A stretch of 63,977 bases of DNA, counting the filler, from Octopus bimaculoides (lineage: Eukaryota), in the NCBI RefSeq assembly GCF_001194135.2. It is 4 parts of 4 records of this genome, joined end to end, with 100 filler letters (N's around TTAATTAATTAA, not from the genome) between each part and the next. Parts side by side here need not be neighbours in the genome. Positions count along the whole stretch, not along the records: positions 1 to 18,790 come from NC_068987.1; positions 18,891 to 35,495 come from NC_068983.1; 2 more parts are not named here. One strand, written 5' to 3'. Below are positions 13,896-27,079 of the stretch, one piece after another; position 1 is the first letter of the stretch; each line of letters starts with the position of its first letter. The notes beneath the pieces were generated by a model, which was not told the origin of the DNA, searched no databases, and worked only from the letters and a program-made list of their open reading frames with translations. The translations under genes were made by a program, and so were the position numbers.

Positions 13896-13928
13896 TTTCC
13901 GACGAAGAGCTCTGCTCGAAACGTCAAA
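13896..13928 (+). ncRNA. Minimal type I hammerhead-like motif (Penelope-type), core variant CCGACGA
   Basis: TTT-CCGACGAA-GAGC TCT GCTC-GAAACGTC-AAA. The flanks resemble those of the 19.7 kb copy. Confidence 0.55.
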
Positions 13929-15127
13929 TTCTTTTTCTTTCCTTTCCTGAGCGTCCAGTAATACAATCTGTATCACGTCCTCGCGTTGTTGTTTTTTTTG
14001 TTGCTTTTTGTCGTTTTTCTTTTTTGAGGTTTTTTCTTTTTTGAACTTATATGTGTGTGTGTGTGTGTGTGTNNNNNNNNNNNNNNNNNNNNNNNNNNNN
14101 NNNNNNNNNNNNNNNNNNNNNNNNNNNNNNNNNNNNNNNNNNNNNNNNNNNNNNNNNNNNNNNNNNNNNNNNNNNNNNNNNNNNNNNNNNNNNNNNNNNN
14201 NNNNNNNNNNNNNNNNNNNNNNNNNNNNNNNNNNNNNNNNNNNNNNNNNNNNNNNNNNNNNNNNNNNNNNNNNNNNNNNNNNNNNNNNNNNNNNNNNNNN
14301 NNNNNNNNNNNNNNNNNNNNNNNNNNNNNNNNNNNNNNNNNNNNNNNNNNNNNNNNNNNNNNNNNNNNNNNNNNNNNNNNNNNNNNNNNNNNNNNNNNNN
14401 NNCACCAACACTAGCAGCTCCAGCGGCACTAACACCAGCAGACCCAGCTCCAACATCATCACCAGCAGCAGCAACAACAGAAACATCGGTGACGGCAGCA
14501 ACATTGGCAGCTACAGCAACAACGGCAGCAAAAATACCAGCAACAGCAATAATGGGTGAAGCACCGACATCGTGCACCCACGGAGATACATTGGATGTAC
14601 TGGGAATTCTTTCAAGAGACGCGTTTCCAACCATAAATCCTTCTTCAGGGTCCCAGATAGGAGATACGTAACATCGCCGGCCAGTCACGTCTGGCAGCTA
14701 AGAGATGACGGGATCCCACACTCGATCTCATGAAAAACCCTCGAAAACCCAGGCCCCTACATCAACAGGACGAAATGCTGCAGGTTATGCAGAGCTGAAA
14801 GCGTGAGAATCCTAAAAGAATCCTATTGTTTACCCTCGCAGCTGAATGATGGCGGCACGGCAGGATGCCGATAATCGATAGTCGATAGCAATTGGCAAAG
14901 GGAGATAATCCCCTTCTTTACATTTGTAACGAGGCTTTTCTCCTCCATGTTTTAAAGAGGTCTTAGGTCAACAGGTCTTAGGATCTGAAGATGCGCCATA
15001 AAGTTAAACCCTTTATGGACAGGAAACCCAGAGTAACTTCATAAGCTGGCCTCCCCCAGTAAAAAACAGACTGCTCTACTTCTTAGAGTGTGCTTCTTCT
15101 CCGGATTTATGTTTTCTAAAAACGATA

Positions 15128-15163
<36 letters not shown>

Positions 15164-16850
15164 TAATGTGCGCATGTGTCGTACATGTGCGTATATCTTT
15201 TACTTTTCACTTGTTTTAGTCATTATATTGCGACCATGCTGGGGCACTGCTAATTGTATGACAGTGTATTGAATTACGATTTACACTCACAAATAGTCGT
15301 CTGATTAAAGGTACACCAACTGCAGCAAACTCATCCTCTTTTCAAGACACAGTGGAGACCTTTAATATCTCTCTCTTTAAAATGGCAGGATGTAATTTCA
15401 CAGCGGTTTTGGCTATTATTCTTAGGGTATCGAACAACCACATAAGTAGCTCCTTCTTTGACTTCTTTATACCCATGTCTGTTCTGCTCTGATTGGGCAG
15501 ACATGTGATCGAAGGTTTTGCAGCCGTGAACATCTCGTCTATCATTTAAGCCTAGATTATACAACCTGTCCTTCGATTTTAAAGTAATATAATTTGAATT
15601 ATAAAAAATTTGGCTGCTATTTTTAGTAGGTTGAGGAGCCACATTGTTGCTTCAAGGTCGTTTGTTGTCGCTTGATGTCGTTATTTTTTTAGCCCCAAGT
15701 AAACTCTGGTCGAGCAGATTTATGATCAAAGCTTCCTGGCCATGATCGTTCTTTCTGTTTTTCTAGAATACATTATTCAATGAAAATATTAATCAACATA
15801 TACCCGTATTAAACGAATATAAGCGGTAAAAAAACACAAACTTCCAATTGCGCCCTTTGTTTTCAAAATGACGTAAGGGGCATGACTTTATAAAATTAAT
15901 GTCATATAGATCTCCCATCGCTTGGTCTGAAAATGCACTGAAGAACAAACTTAAAACTTCCCTAAGGTGATCGATAGTGAAACCGGTTCGCAAAATATGA
16001 TTTTCCTTTTGCAGAACTTCTTTTAGTTACAACACTCACTAAAATTTTGTTCAGTAAAACTTATTTTATAGGAAAACTTTTTCTATACGAACTTTTCAGT
16101 AACATGTGAGTTTCTTTTTCTCCTGCCCTCTCTTTCTTTCTCTCTCTCTCTCTCTCCCCTCTCTCACTCTCTCTCCCTTTGTCCCTCTATATCTATCTTT
16201 CTTTTTGTGCGTGTGTGTGTGTATTTAAAACCCACCTTGTGAAAACATACACTAAATAAGTTTTACAATAAAACTGTGTTATGAAAACATTTGTTGTGTA
16301 AAAATTTTGTATCTTTAGTTTCATGTACATATGTAGCTATATAACAGAAATATTTACTTTCTGTGTTAAAAAATAAAACTGAAGTTATTCAAGTAAATAA
16401 ATATATATGTATAAAAATTTAGTGCGTTTTCAACCCTTATTATTTTCCCCATAGATATATGTGGATGTATATATACATCTACATATGTATGCATGCATGT
16501 GTGTGTGCTTGATTTTATATCAGGTCATATATAAAAACAACTTAACATTCTACTGAAGTATTACTCAATATTTTTTAGTAGAGTCCATGTATGCTAAACT
16601 TTTACGAGGTACAGGTGGACACTGGCTTCAAAGTTTCGGCTTTAGGATCTGAAGATTTCAGTAACCACTGCATGTATAAATTAAACATGTATATACTGGC
16701 TGGATGGTCATAAACAAGCAAACAACGGTAATTTATATATGTATTTTTATGTATATATGTGTGTGTAAAGACACATGTATGCGCGTGGTCTGTATATTTC
16801 TGTAATATATATATATATATATATATGGATGTTTTCCTGTAGACAAGGTG

Positions 16851-17100
16851 GAGGTGCGTGGCTTAATGGTAAAGGTATTGGTGTCATGGCTAAATGGTTT
16901 CGATTCTTGGACCGGGCAACGCGTTGTGTTCCTGAGCGAAACACTTCATTTTCCGTTACTTCAGTTCGCTCAGCTGGCAAAAATGAGTAATCCTGTGACG
17001 GACCGGCGTCCCGTCCAGGTGGGGAATTTCTACGCCATTGAAACTGGGAAACCGGCCATTATGAGTCTGTATGACTCGAGGAAAAAACTTTACTATTTTT
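16851..17100 (+). mobile_element. SINE family G (tRNA head, CORE-like and V-like segments)
   Basis: GAGGTGCGTGGCTTAATGG...GGTTTCGATTC...GTTCCTGAGCGAAACACTTCATT...CAGCTGGCAAAAATGAGTAATCCTGTGACGGACCGGCGTCCCGTCCAGG. Related heads lie at about 13305-13440 (+) and 23610-23712 (-). Confidence 0.7.
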
Positions 17101-17281
17101 ACTACATGTAGATAAATATATTATGTATATGTATGTGAGCGCGCACGTGTATTTGAATCATCTACCACAAACACCTACACATTCCAAACGAAACTTTCTA
17201 ACACCACGTCATAGAACGGCATATATTTAGACATTGTAAGGCGGTGAGCTGGCAGAATCGTCAGCACACCAGGTGAAAGGC

Positions 17282-18393
17282 TTATATTAAAGACATGGCA
17301 ATGTTCGAGTTTTATCTTTTTTATTAAGGATTTTTTCCCCTAGAAATTCTTCAGAGAACCGACAAAATTGGTAGCGTTTCTACATGTAGGGAAACTTTTT
17401 ATCGATATCTCAATCAAAGTTAATGGGGCGAGATGGCAAAATGTTTAAAGGCACATCGTCCATCTTTACGTTCTGAGTTCTAATCCCACCGAGATCGATT
17501 TTACCCTTCATCCTTTCAGGGTTGGTAAAATAAGTATCGTTCGAACACTGAAATCGATGTAATCTATTTACTCCTCCCCTAGAATTGCTGGCCTTGTGCC
17601 AAAATTTTGAAACCATATATTTGGATATTGTTTCTTATTCCAACATTTCAACTTACATACCATATAGAACGTCACGAATGTAACCCCCGAGTGGAAAACC
17701 CTTAGCGGCACTGCCCTTCTGAATATAAAATATATAGATACGTTTTGGACAACAGAAAGGAAGATCTAAGTATTGTAATGCAACAGAAGTTATCAAAGGA
17801 TGTTTGTTGACATATGAGACAGGGTTCATTATCCACGATTATGTTTCCAGTTTCTATTGAGATGCTAGTTTTAAATTTTGGCACAAGGCCAGTAATTTCA
17901 GCGGAGGGAGTAAGTCAATAACATCGACCTCAATACTCGACTGGTACTTCTTTTATCGACCCCGAAAGGATGAAAAGCAAAGTCGATATCGGTAGAATTT
18001 GAACTCAGCGTGCTAACGATTCTGCTGCTTCACCGCATTAATTTCGATTGAGATATTAATTTCAAATTTTAGCACAAGGCCAGCAATTTCGAGGAAAGGG
18101 AGTAAGTCGATTACATCGACCTCAGTGCTCAAATGATACTTATTTTATTTGACCCCGAAAGAATGAAAGGGAAATTCGACCTCGACAGAGACTGAACTCA
18201 GAACGTAAAGACGGGCAAAAATGCCGTTAAACAATTTGCCTTCTCACCATCTTAATTTCTACTGAGGAACCGATAAAAAGTTTTCCTACATGTAGAAACG
18301 CTACCAATTTTATCGGTTCTCAATGGAATTTCAAGGGTAAAAATCCTTAATAAAAAAAGATTAAACTCAAACATTGTCATGTCTTTAATATAA
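17282..18393. repeat. Long inverted repeat, arms about 330 bp (17282-17612 and 18058-18393), spacer about 445 bp
   Basis: The outer 135 bp or so of each arm is non-SINE and highly similar. The inner part is a family C SINE with the same internal head deletion in both arms. Confidence 0.85.
17865..18050 (-). mobile_element. SINE family C copy inside the spacer of the 17.3-18.4 kb inverted duplication
   Basis: Reverse-complement match with an internal deletion. Confidence 0.75.
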
Positions 18394-18730
18394 CGTGTAT
18401 AAAAGGAAAGCGCTTTCTTATTTAGATATACACATATTTACACAAACGCATACATACATGCATACATATACTAAAACATGTGTGTGCATACGTGTGTGTA
18501 CGTATGTGTGCTCGGGTGTGTATATGTGTGTGCGCGTGTATGTATATGTGAACGTTCATGTGTGTGTGTGTGTGTGTGCGTAAAGGTTCATTCCATGAAT
18601 AAGCACAGTTCTTTCGATCGAATAACGGAATTACTCATCATTAAAGCCGACGGGGATCCATTTTTACCGTGTTTACCGTATATTTATACATACATGCATA
18701 CATGCATACATATATACATACGTATGTACA

Positions 18731-18762
<32 letters not shown>

Positions 18763-18935
18763 CACACATATATATATATAATATATATATNNNNNNNNNN
18801 NNNNNNNNNNNNNNNNNNNNNNNNNNNNNNNNNNTTAATTAATTAANNNNNNNNNNNNNNNNNNNNNNNNNNNNNNNNNNNNNNNNNNNNGCGGACGTTA
18901 AACGATGATGATGATGATGATGATATACATACATA

Positions 18936-18978
<43 letters not shown>

Positions 18979-18998
18979 ACATATATATACATATAATA

Positions 18999-19388
18999 AG
19001 GAGTGGCTGTGTGGTAAGTAGCTTGCTTACCAACCACATGGTTCTGGGTTCAGTTCCACTGCATGGCATCTTGGGCAAGTGTCTTCTACTATAGCTTTGG
19101 GCCGACCAAAGCCTTGTGAGTGGATTTGGTAGACAGAACCTGAAAGAAGCCTGTCGTATGCATGTGTGTGTGTGTATATTTGTGTGTCTGTGTTTGTCCC
19201 CCACCCCCAACATTGCTTGACAACTGATGCTGATGTGTTTACGTCCCTGTAACGTAGTGGTTCAGCAAAAGAGATCGATAGAATAAGTACGAGGCTTACA
19301 AAGAATAAGTCCTGGGGTCGATTTGCTTGACTAAAGGTGGTGCTCCAGCATGTCCGCAGTCAAATGATTGAAACAAGTAAAAGAGTAT
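18999..19388 (+). mobile_element. SINE family A, full length
   Basis: Colinear with 11727-12150. Partial copies at about 20548-20690 and 22772-23050. Confidence 0.88.
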
Positions 19389-19588
19389 ACCAACAATGTA
19401 CTATTCAAAGTAATGTTTGATTTGGACCAGCCCCCAGGCACTAAGTACTCATAGGGTTGGTTTTCTCTGCGTACACAACCGGAATATCCTATCTGATACT
19501 TATCTACCATATGCTGGAACCACAGGTTTATACAACCCTACCTGGTGCATGTCTTTTTGAGTACCTGATTCTATTTGAATGCTTCTTT

Positions 19589-19960
<372 letters not shown>

Positions 19961-20177
19961 ACATATAACTATATGTATATATATATATGTTTATAGTAAA
20001 TCTGTATACACACAATAAATCCACTCACACACATACACATATATATTAAATACACTTACATACATACATACATACATATAGTAAATATAGATAAACAAAT
20101 ATGCATTTATAAGTTAATATAGAGTAAATACATATGTAAATATATATTTATAGATTGATGTAGAGTAAATATACACT

Positions 20178-20212
<35 letters not shown>

Positions 20213-23153
20213 GTAGTAAATGAATATATAAATAAATATATATGTGGGTGTGTGTACACATGATATCATTATTGTAATTGAAAAGGTGTGAAGAAATGAT
20301 GTGTGCTTGGAAAATAACATTAAAGCTACCAATTATGTCTTATTTTCCTGGAGGCAATACGTCACAGAGCAGTGGATGCTGTGAAAATATAGGTGTTAGT
20401 CATTCAGTACCTGAATATAAGTATAATTATATGGTATATAAACTGTATAATGCATACAGTCATGTGTGTATTATGCAGAATGCGTAAATGCCTGTCAGTG
20501 TGCATGTGTGTGTGTGTAAGTGAGAGAAAACAAATCAGTGATATAGATGCAGATGTGGCTGTGGGGGTTAAGAAGCGTGTCTTGTAACTCTGAGGTTTCA
20601 GGTTCAATACCATTGTACTGAATTTTGTGGCAGTGTCTTATACTATAACCATGGGCCAACCAATGGTTTGTGAGTCAATCTTATAGGGTTCATATAGACC
20701 TTGAGGGTCCATATAAGATTTTGGTCGGGGCCAGCCCTACACAAATGTAAATTGGGGATCCACAATAATATTTTAAGGGTCCCTGAAAAAAATTTTGTTT
20801 TAGATCAGGAGTTGGTGAACCTGTGTAAATTACCCTGAAATTCTTGGGGGTAATGAGGACTCATTAGACTTAAGTAAAGTTTTATAAAAAAACATGTTCT
20901 TTGTTGCGATAGAATTTTCTTCTGGCAACATTGCATCTGTCCAATGTAATGGATGTGTAAATAGATTCAATAAACCTTTTGAATTCAAAGAATCTGTGAT
21001 TTTCTTCCTTTCAAATCAAGGGGGTAACATCGGGGTAAATAAATTTATTTTTGATGCATGTAGTGGTGTGTATTGCAAGAAACAGCTAGGTTTCTTTCTT
21101 CCACATTTTACACAAATCAATCTACACAAAGGAATGTGTGAAAAACAAAATAGGACTTATGAAAGAAGGTTTCTCTANNNNNNNNNNNNNNNNNNNNNNN
21201 NNNNNNNNNNNNNNNNNNNNNNNNNNNNNNNNNNNNNNNNNNNNNNNNNNNNNNNNNNNNNNNNNNNNNNNNNNNNNNNNNNNNNNNNNNNNNNNNNNNN
21301 NNNNNNNNNNNNNNNNNNNNNNNNNNNNNNNNNNNNNNNNNNNNNNNNNNNNNNNNNNNNNNNNNNNNNNNNNNNNNNNNNNNNNNNNNNNNNNNNNNNN
21401 NNNNNNNNNNNNNNNNNNNNNNNNNNNNNNNNNNNNNNNNNNNNNNNNNNNNNNNNNNNNNNNNNNNNNNNNNNNNNNNNNNNNNNNNNNNNNNNNNNNN
21501 NNNNNNNNNNNNNNNNNNNNNNNNNNNNNNNNNNNNNNNNNNNNNNNNNNNNNNNNNNNNNNNNNNNNNNNNNNNNNNNNNNNNNNNNNNNNNNNNNNNN
21601 NNNNNGCACGAACTTGAAAGTGGGGATGAAGTAAGTTCGCGTGTTTGCTCGGCAATAGCCAAGGAAGAAAAGGATTATTGACCGGAAGCATGTGACCATG
21701 CCGGTGTAAGGGGAAGAGAGAGAGAGTGGTAGAGGGAGAAACAAAGGGAGGAAGTTGAAGAATAGGTGAGCAACGAGAGGAAAAGAGGAAGAGAGGAAGT
21801 ACGAGGGGGGAAAAGGAGATACGTAGTAGTAACAGAGGAAGAACGAGAGGGGTAAAGAGAGATACGTAGTAGTAAACAGAGAAAGAACGAGAGGGGGAAA
21901 AATTGAGGAGGAAGGGAAAGAGATAGAGTAGCGTCGGAAAATATAAAGTTACGAAAACTACTTACAGATTGGTGACGCTGCGTTCGGTCATGTAAAAACA
22001 AATAGTAAATGAGTATATGCATATATACGTACAGGTATGTGCATACCGACATCCACCTGTATGTATAGGTGCATATCTGGGTACAGGACATTGCAAACAA
22101 AACGTATATATATATGGCGTTAGGAAGGGCATCCAACCATAGAAAACCATGCCAAATCAGACTGGAGCTTGGCGCAGCTTGCCAGCCCTGTCAAACCATC
22201 CAACCCATGCCAGCATGGACAACAGGTGTTAAATGATAATGATAATGATTAATTATTTGCAGGATCCGATTGAATTGAGGTATCTTAATAACATCAAGTT
22301 AGGACTGAGAATAGTTTATCCATGTATCAACAGTATACATGGGCACTCATGCATATATTAATGTATATATGGACTTACATGCACAATACACATGAACAGA
22401 TCAATACACCCATCGATATAAAAATGCATGTATATACAAAATCACATACAGACATACTCTGGTATGCAGTTTCATGATCCACTTTAAGTTTCAGATCCAA
22501 TGTAGGGAAGGTTCTGGGTATGGTGTTCATCAATAAAAAAAACACATCTGAAACAGCTGTAAAGTGGTTGGCATTTATAAGGGCATCCAGCTGTAAAAAC
22601 CATGCCAAAACTGACCTTACCTGTGCTGGTGCCACGTAAAAAGCACTGTTCACTCTGTAAAGTGATTGGTGTTAGGAAAGGCATCCAGCCATAAAAAACC
22701 CTGCCGAAACAGACACAGTAGCCTGGGGTAGTTTTCTACTTGGCTGGCCATGCATGTATGGAAGATGGGCAAGTGGATTTGGTAGGAAGAAACTGAAAGA
22801 AGCCTGTTGTACGTGTGTGTGTGTGTGTGTGTCTTTGTGTCTGTATTTGTCCCCCTCTATCACTGCTTTACAACCAGTGTTGGTATTTATGTCCCCTGTA
22901 ACTTAGTGGTCCAGCAAAAAAGACCGATAGAATAAGTATTAGGCTTACAAAAAATAAGTCCTGGGGTCGATTTGTTTGACTAAAACCCTTTGAGGCAGTG
23001 CTCCAGCATGGCCACTATCAAATGACTGAAACAATTAAAAGATTTAAAGAGCATATACTTATCAAGTGGGTTTTTTTTTTCCTTTTCTAGTTCTTTTCCT
23101 ATTTTACGAATTACTTGGTACCCTCCGTAGTATCTGTAGCACAAAAACAAAAC

Positions 23154-23518
23154 AAACAAGAGCACCCAGAGAGTGCTAACCTCCGCCAAAGAAGCACCAA
23201 CGTCCTCTCAATGATTAGCCAGAGGTGATTTTTAAAATGAGAATATCTGAAATAAACTCGACTGCTCTCAGAAACGGGAATACTAAAAATGAACCCGACT
23301 GCTCTCAAAAATTAAGTAAAAAAGACTGGAAAAATAATCCAGAATCCTTGCCCAGTACTGAATTGATCCCAAAATGTAATCAGATCATGCCAGTCATGAG
23401 ACTAAACATCCCTGAAAGTTTCATCCGAATCCATCCAGTGGTTCTTGAGATATCTTGTCCACGGACAAACAAACATGACTGAAAACAAAACCTCCACCTT
23501 CGCTAAGCTGGAGGTAAT
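23154..23518 (+). mobile_element. Helentron/DINE-1-like non-autonomous element (HINE)
   Basis: 5' subterminal ACCTCCGCC (23179-23187). 3' hairpin ACCTCC...GGAGGT (23490-23515) preceded by a short ACAAACAAAC microsatellite. Internal 25-bp tandem duplicate CTCGACTGCTCTCA. Confidence 0.6.
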
Positions 23519-23732
23519 ATAGAAGACAAAAAACCCCAAGTATACACTATGAAGTGGTTGGCATTAGGAAAGGCCTGCAGCCATAGAAACCATGGAGCAA
23601 TTTGAAATAATGTGTCTTGCTCCAGAACACAACACGCAGCCTGGTCCAGGATTCGAACTTACAACCTCACAACCGTAAGCTTGACGCTCTAGCCACTGAG
23701 CCATGCGCCTTCACACACACGCACGCACGCAC

Positions 23733-23763
<31 letters not shown>

Positions 23764-24095
23764 GACTCGTGTATATATATATATATATATATATATTCAC
23801 ACACACACACGCGTGTGTGTGTGGTGTGTATTCTTCCTGTAAGCCAGTGTAAACATGAATTAAAAACAAAGGCTAATTAAAAAAGAGAATTAATGGAAAC
23901 AAACATTTCACCAGCCAGCCCACCGACCAANNNNNNNNNNNNNNNNNNNNNNNNNNNNNNNNNNNNNNNNNNNNNNNNNNNNNNNNNNNNNNNNNNNNNN
24001 NNNNNNNNNNNNNNNNNNNNNNNNNNNNNNNNNNNNNNNNNNNNNGACGCTCTAGCCACTGAGCCATGCGCCTTCACACACACGCACGCACGCAC

Positions 24096-24126
<31 letters not shown>

Positions 24127-24899
24127 GACTCGTGTATATATATATATATATATATATATTCACACACACACACGCGTGTGTGTGTGGTGTGTATTCTTCC
24201 TGTAAGCCAGTGTAAACATGAATTAAAAACAAAGGCTAATTAAAAAAGAGAATTAATGGAAACAAACATTTCACCAGCCAGCCCACCGACCAATCAAACA
24301 AACAGCCAATATGATATTTACTTTAGATAAGTCCATGTATTTTATTTATTTTATTTGATAACCTACATTTTTTTCTTTTTCTTTTCTGTGTCTGTGACGT
24401 TTCTTCCACCTTCATCCAGAACCCTCCACCACCCCCACCTCATCCTCCCACCGTCTCCACCTCTGACATCATCCATGCATGATACGGAGTGGGATATATA
24501 TCGAGCTAACATACATCATATCATATCATATCATATCGTACTTGACAACAGTTGCTAGCATTGTTAAGGAGATTGCTTAGAAAGAAGTAATGTAACTAAT
24601 TCATTAGGTAAAAATTTTCATGCAATTTAATATTTGCTGGCATGTAGAAACTTAATGAAATGTGAATAAGATAGATGTAATTCGCTTTTGTTTTTTGGCT
24701 TTTTCTTTGTTGGTTTTCTCTTCATATTTTGTAACATTCCATATTCCATTCTCACCTCCACCCAACCTCCCGTTTATATCCACCCACTTTTATATTCTCA
24801 GGAATTCTTTGACTGATGAATGTTAATCTCTTAGGGAAAGCGCAGTGTCTTATATTTTAGAGAATCGGTTGAAGTTGCGATTATTATATGGTTGTCTTT

Positions 24900-25558
24900 T
24901 TATCTTCTGTCTTTTTACTGGTTTCAGTCATTAGACTGTGGCCATGCTGGAGCACTGCCCCAAAGAGTTTCTTAGTCAAATGAATCAACCCTGGTACTTT
25001 TTTTTTCCCTTTTTCTTACCCTTGTACTTATTCTATCTGTCTCTTTTTGCTGAACTGCTAAGTTATGGGGATGTAAACAAACCAACACTAGTTGTCATGT
25101 GGTGGTCGCATGCACACATTCACACACTCATACTCACACAGACATACACACACACATACATACACACACATACACACACACATGTGATGGCCTTTCAGAT
25201 TCAGTCTTCCAAATCCACTCACAAGGCTTTAGTTGGATTGGTGCTATAGTAGAAGACCCATGGTACCACACAGTGGGACTGAACCCAGAACCGTGTAATT
25301 GGTAACCAAACTTCTTACCACACAGCCATGCCTACACATTGGGTTTTTTTTTTCCTTTTCCATTTATTTCAACAATTTTAACCAATCAATCACTATTATA
25401 TTCTCTTTCACTGTTCATGACTTACCACCTTTAGTCGAACAAATCCACCCCAGGATTTATTCTTTGTTAGCCTAGTACTTATTCTATCGGTCTCTTTTGC
25501 CGAACCGCTAAGTTACGGGGACGTAAACACACCAGCATCAGTTATCAAGCCATGTTGG

Positions 25559-25596
<38 letters not shown>

Positions 25597-25765
25597 TATA
25601 TATGACAGGCTTCTTTCAGTTTCCATCTACCAAATCCACTCACAAGGCTTTGGTCGGCCCGAGGCTATAGTAGAAGACACTTGCCCAAGGTGCCACGCAG
25701 TGGGACTGAACCCAGAACCATGTGGTTGGTAAGCAAGCTACTTACCACACAGCCACTCCTACGCC
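24900..25765 (-). mobile_element. Two tandem SINE family A copies (about 24900-25335 older, 25428-25765 younger)
   Basis: Both are reverse complements of the family A consensus. The second retains its CpGs and the first is CpG-decayed. Confidence 0.85.
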
Positions 25766-25886
25766 TATTATGTATGGAAATAATAGTTATTAATTGTGTA
25801 ATTTGTTGAATCATTTAATGGAAAATTACCAAAGATTAAAACGTTTAAAATCTCAATATAAAAATTTTAAAAATGAACATGAGGTG

Positions 25887-26290
25887 TAAGTGTGGCTGTG
25901 TGATAAGCTTGTAAGTATGGTTGTGTGGTACGTTTGCTTCTCAACCTCATGATTCTGGGTTCAGTTCCACTGCAGGGCATCTTACACAAATGTCTTCTAC
26001 TATAGCTTTGGGCTGACCAAAGCCTTGTGAGATGGAAACTGAAAGAGGCCTGTTGCATATATATCTGTGTTTGTCCCCCACGACTGCTTGATAGCTGGTG
26101 TTGGTGTGTTTGTTTCTATAGCTTAGCAGTTCAGCAAAAGGTACTGATAGAATAAGTAGCAGGCTTTAAAAGAAAATGTAAAAAACACGGGTTGATTCTT
26201 TCGACTAAAAAAAAAAGCAAAAAAAAATGGCTTCGAGTCAGTGCCCCTGCAATGTTGCAGTCTAATGACTGGAAGTGGCAAAAGATGGAA
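25887..26290 (+). mobile_element. SINE family A, diverged
   Basis: GTGGCTGTGTG head, CORE-like segment and 3' module are recognisable. It is inverted relative to the adjacent 25428-25765 copy. Confidence 0.75.
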
Positions 26291-26616
26291 TCTTCATAAT
26301 TTATCAGTCGTAAAGTACATACAAATGTCAATGAACCAAATACCACAAAAGTCACGCAACACTAGTAGAGCGTGACAACACACTAGGAATTCGAGTATTT
26401 CAAAGTGAAAACCAGCCTCATTCATATGAAGGCCTGTCCTCTGTTATCTTCTGGCTGCACCGTGAAATAATCAACCTCTTATTTTACTGAAATTATTATA
26501 TCATTATACTTGGGGATGGTTGGCTTTTTCCAATTAAGCACACACACTATTTATTTGATCTCCACTTTTGCTTTATTATTATTATTATTATTGTTAAGGT
26601 GGTGAGCTGGCAGAAT

Positions 26617-26975
26617 CATTAACACGCCGGGTGAAATGCTGAGCTGTATTTCGTCTGTCTTTACGTTCAGAGTTCAAATTCCTCTGAGGTTGACTGCCTT
26701 TCATCCTTTCAGGGTCGATAGATTAAGTACCAGTTGTGTCCTGAGATTGATCTAATTGATTTTAGGCCTATAGTAGAAAGGATTATTATTATTATTAAGG
26801 CGAAATGCTTGCGGTATTTTGCCCATCGCTACATTCTGAGTTCAAATTCTGCTGAGGTCGGCTTTGCCTTTCATCCTTTCGGGGTTGATAAATTAAGTAC
26901 CAGTGAAACACAGGAGTTGATGTCCCCTCCCCCAAAATTTCAGGCCTTGTGCTTATAGTAGAAAAGATTATTATT
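26617..26975 (+). mobile_element. Two head-to-tail SINE family C copies separated by (ATT)n tails
   Basis: AAGGTGGTGAGCTGGCAGAATC... then attattatt AAGGCGAAATGCTT..., followed by an (ATT)n/(AAT)n array to about 27080. Confidence 0.82.
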
Positions 26976-27039
26976 ATTATTATTATTATTATTGCCTATA
27001 GTAGAAATTATTATTATTATTATTAATAGTTTATTTGTC

Positions 27040-27079
<40 letters not shown>

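Noticed and set aside
14403-14671. Mucin-like or Ser/Asn-rich coding exon
   Set aside because: Degenerate CAG/CAA repeat open in several frames, with no splice or homology support.
15800-16440. DNA transposon or Helitron-like element
   Set aside because: One TIR-like start but no matching end identified.
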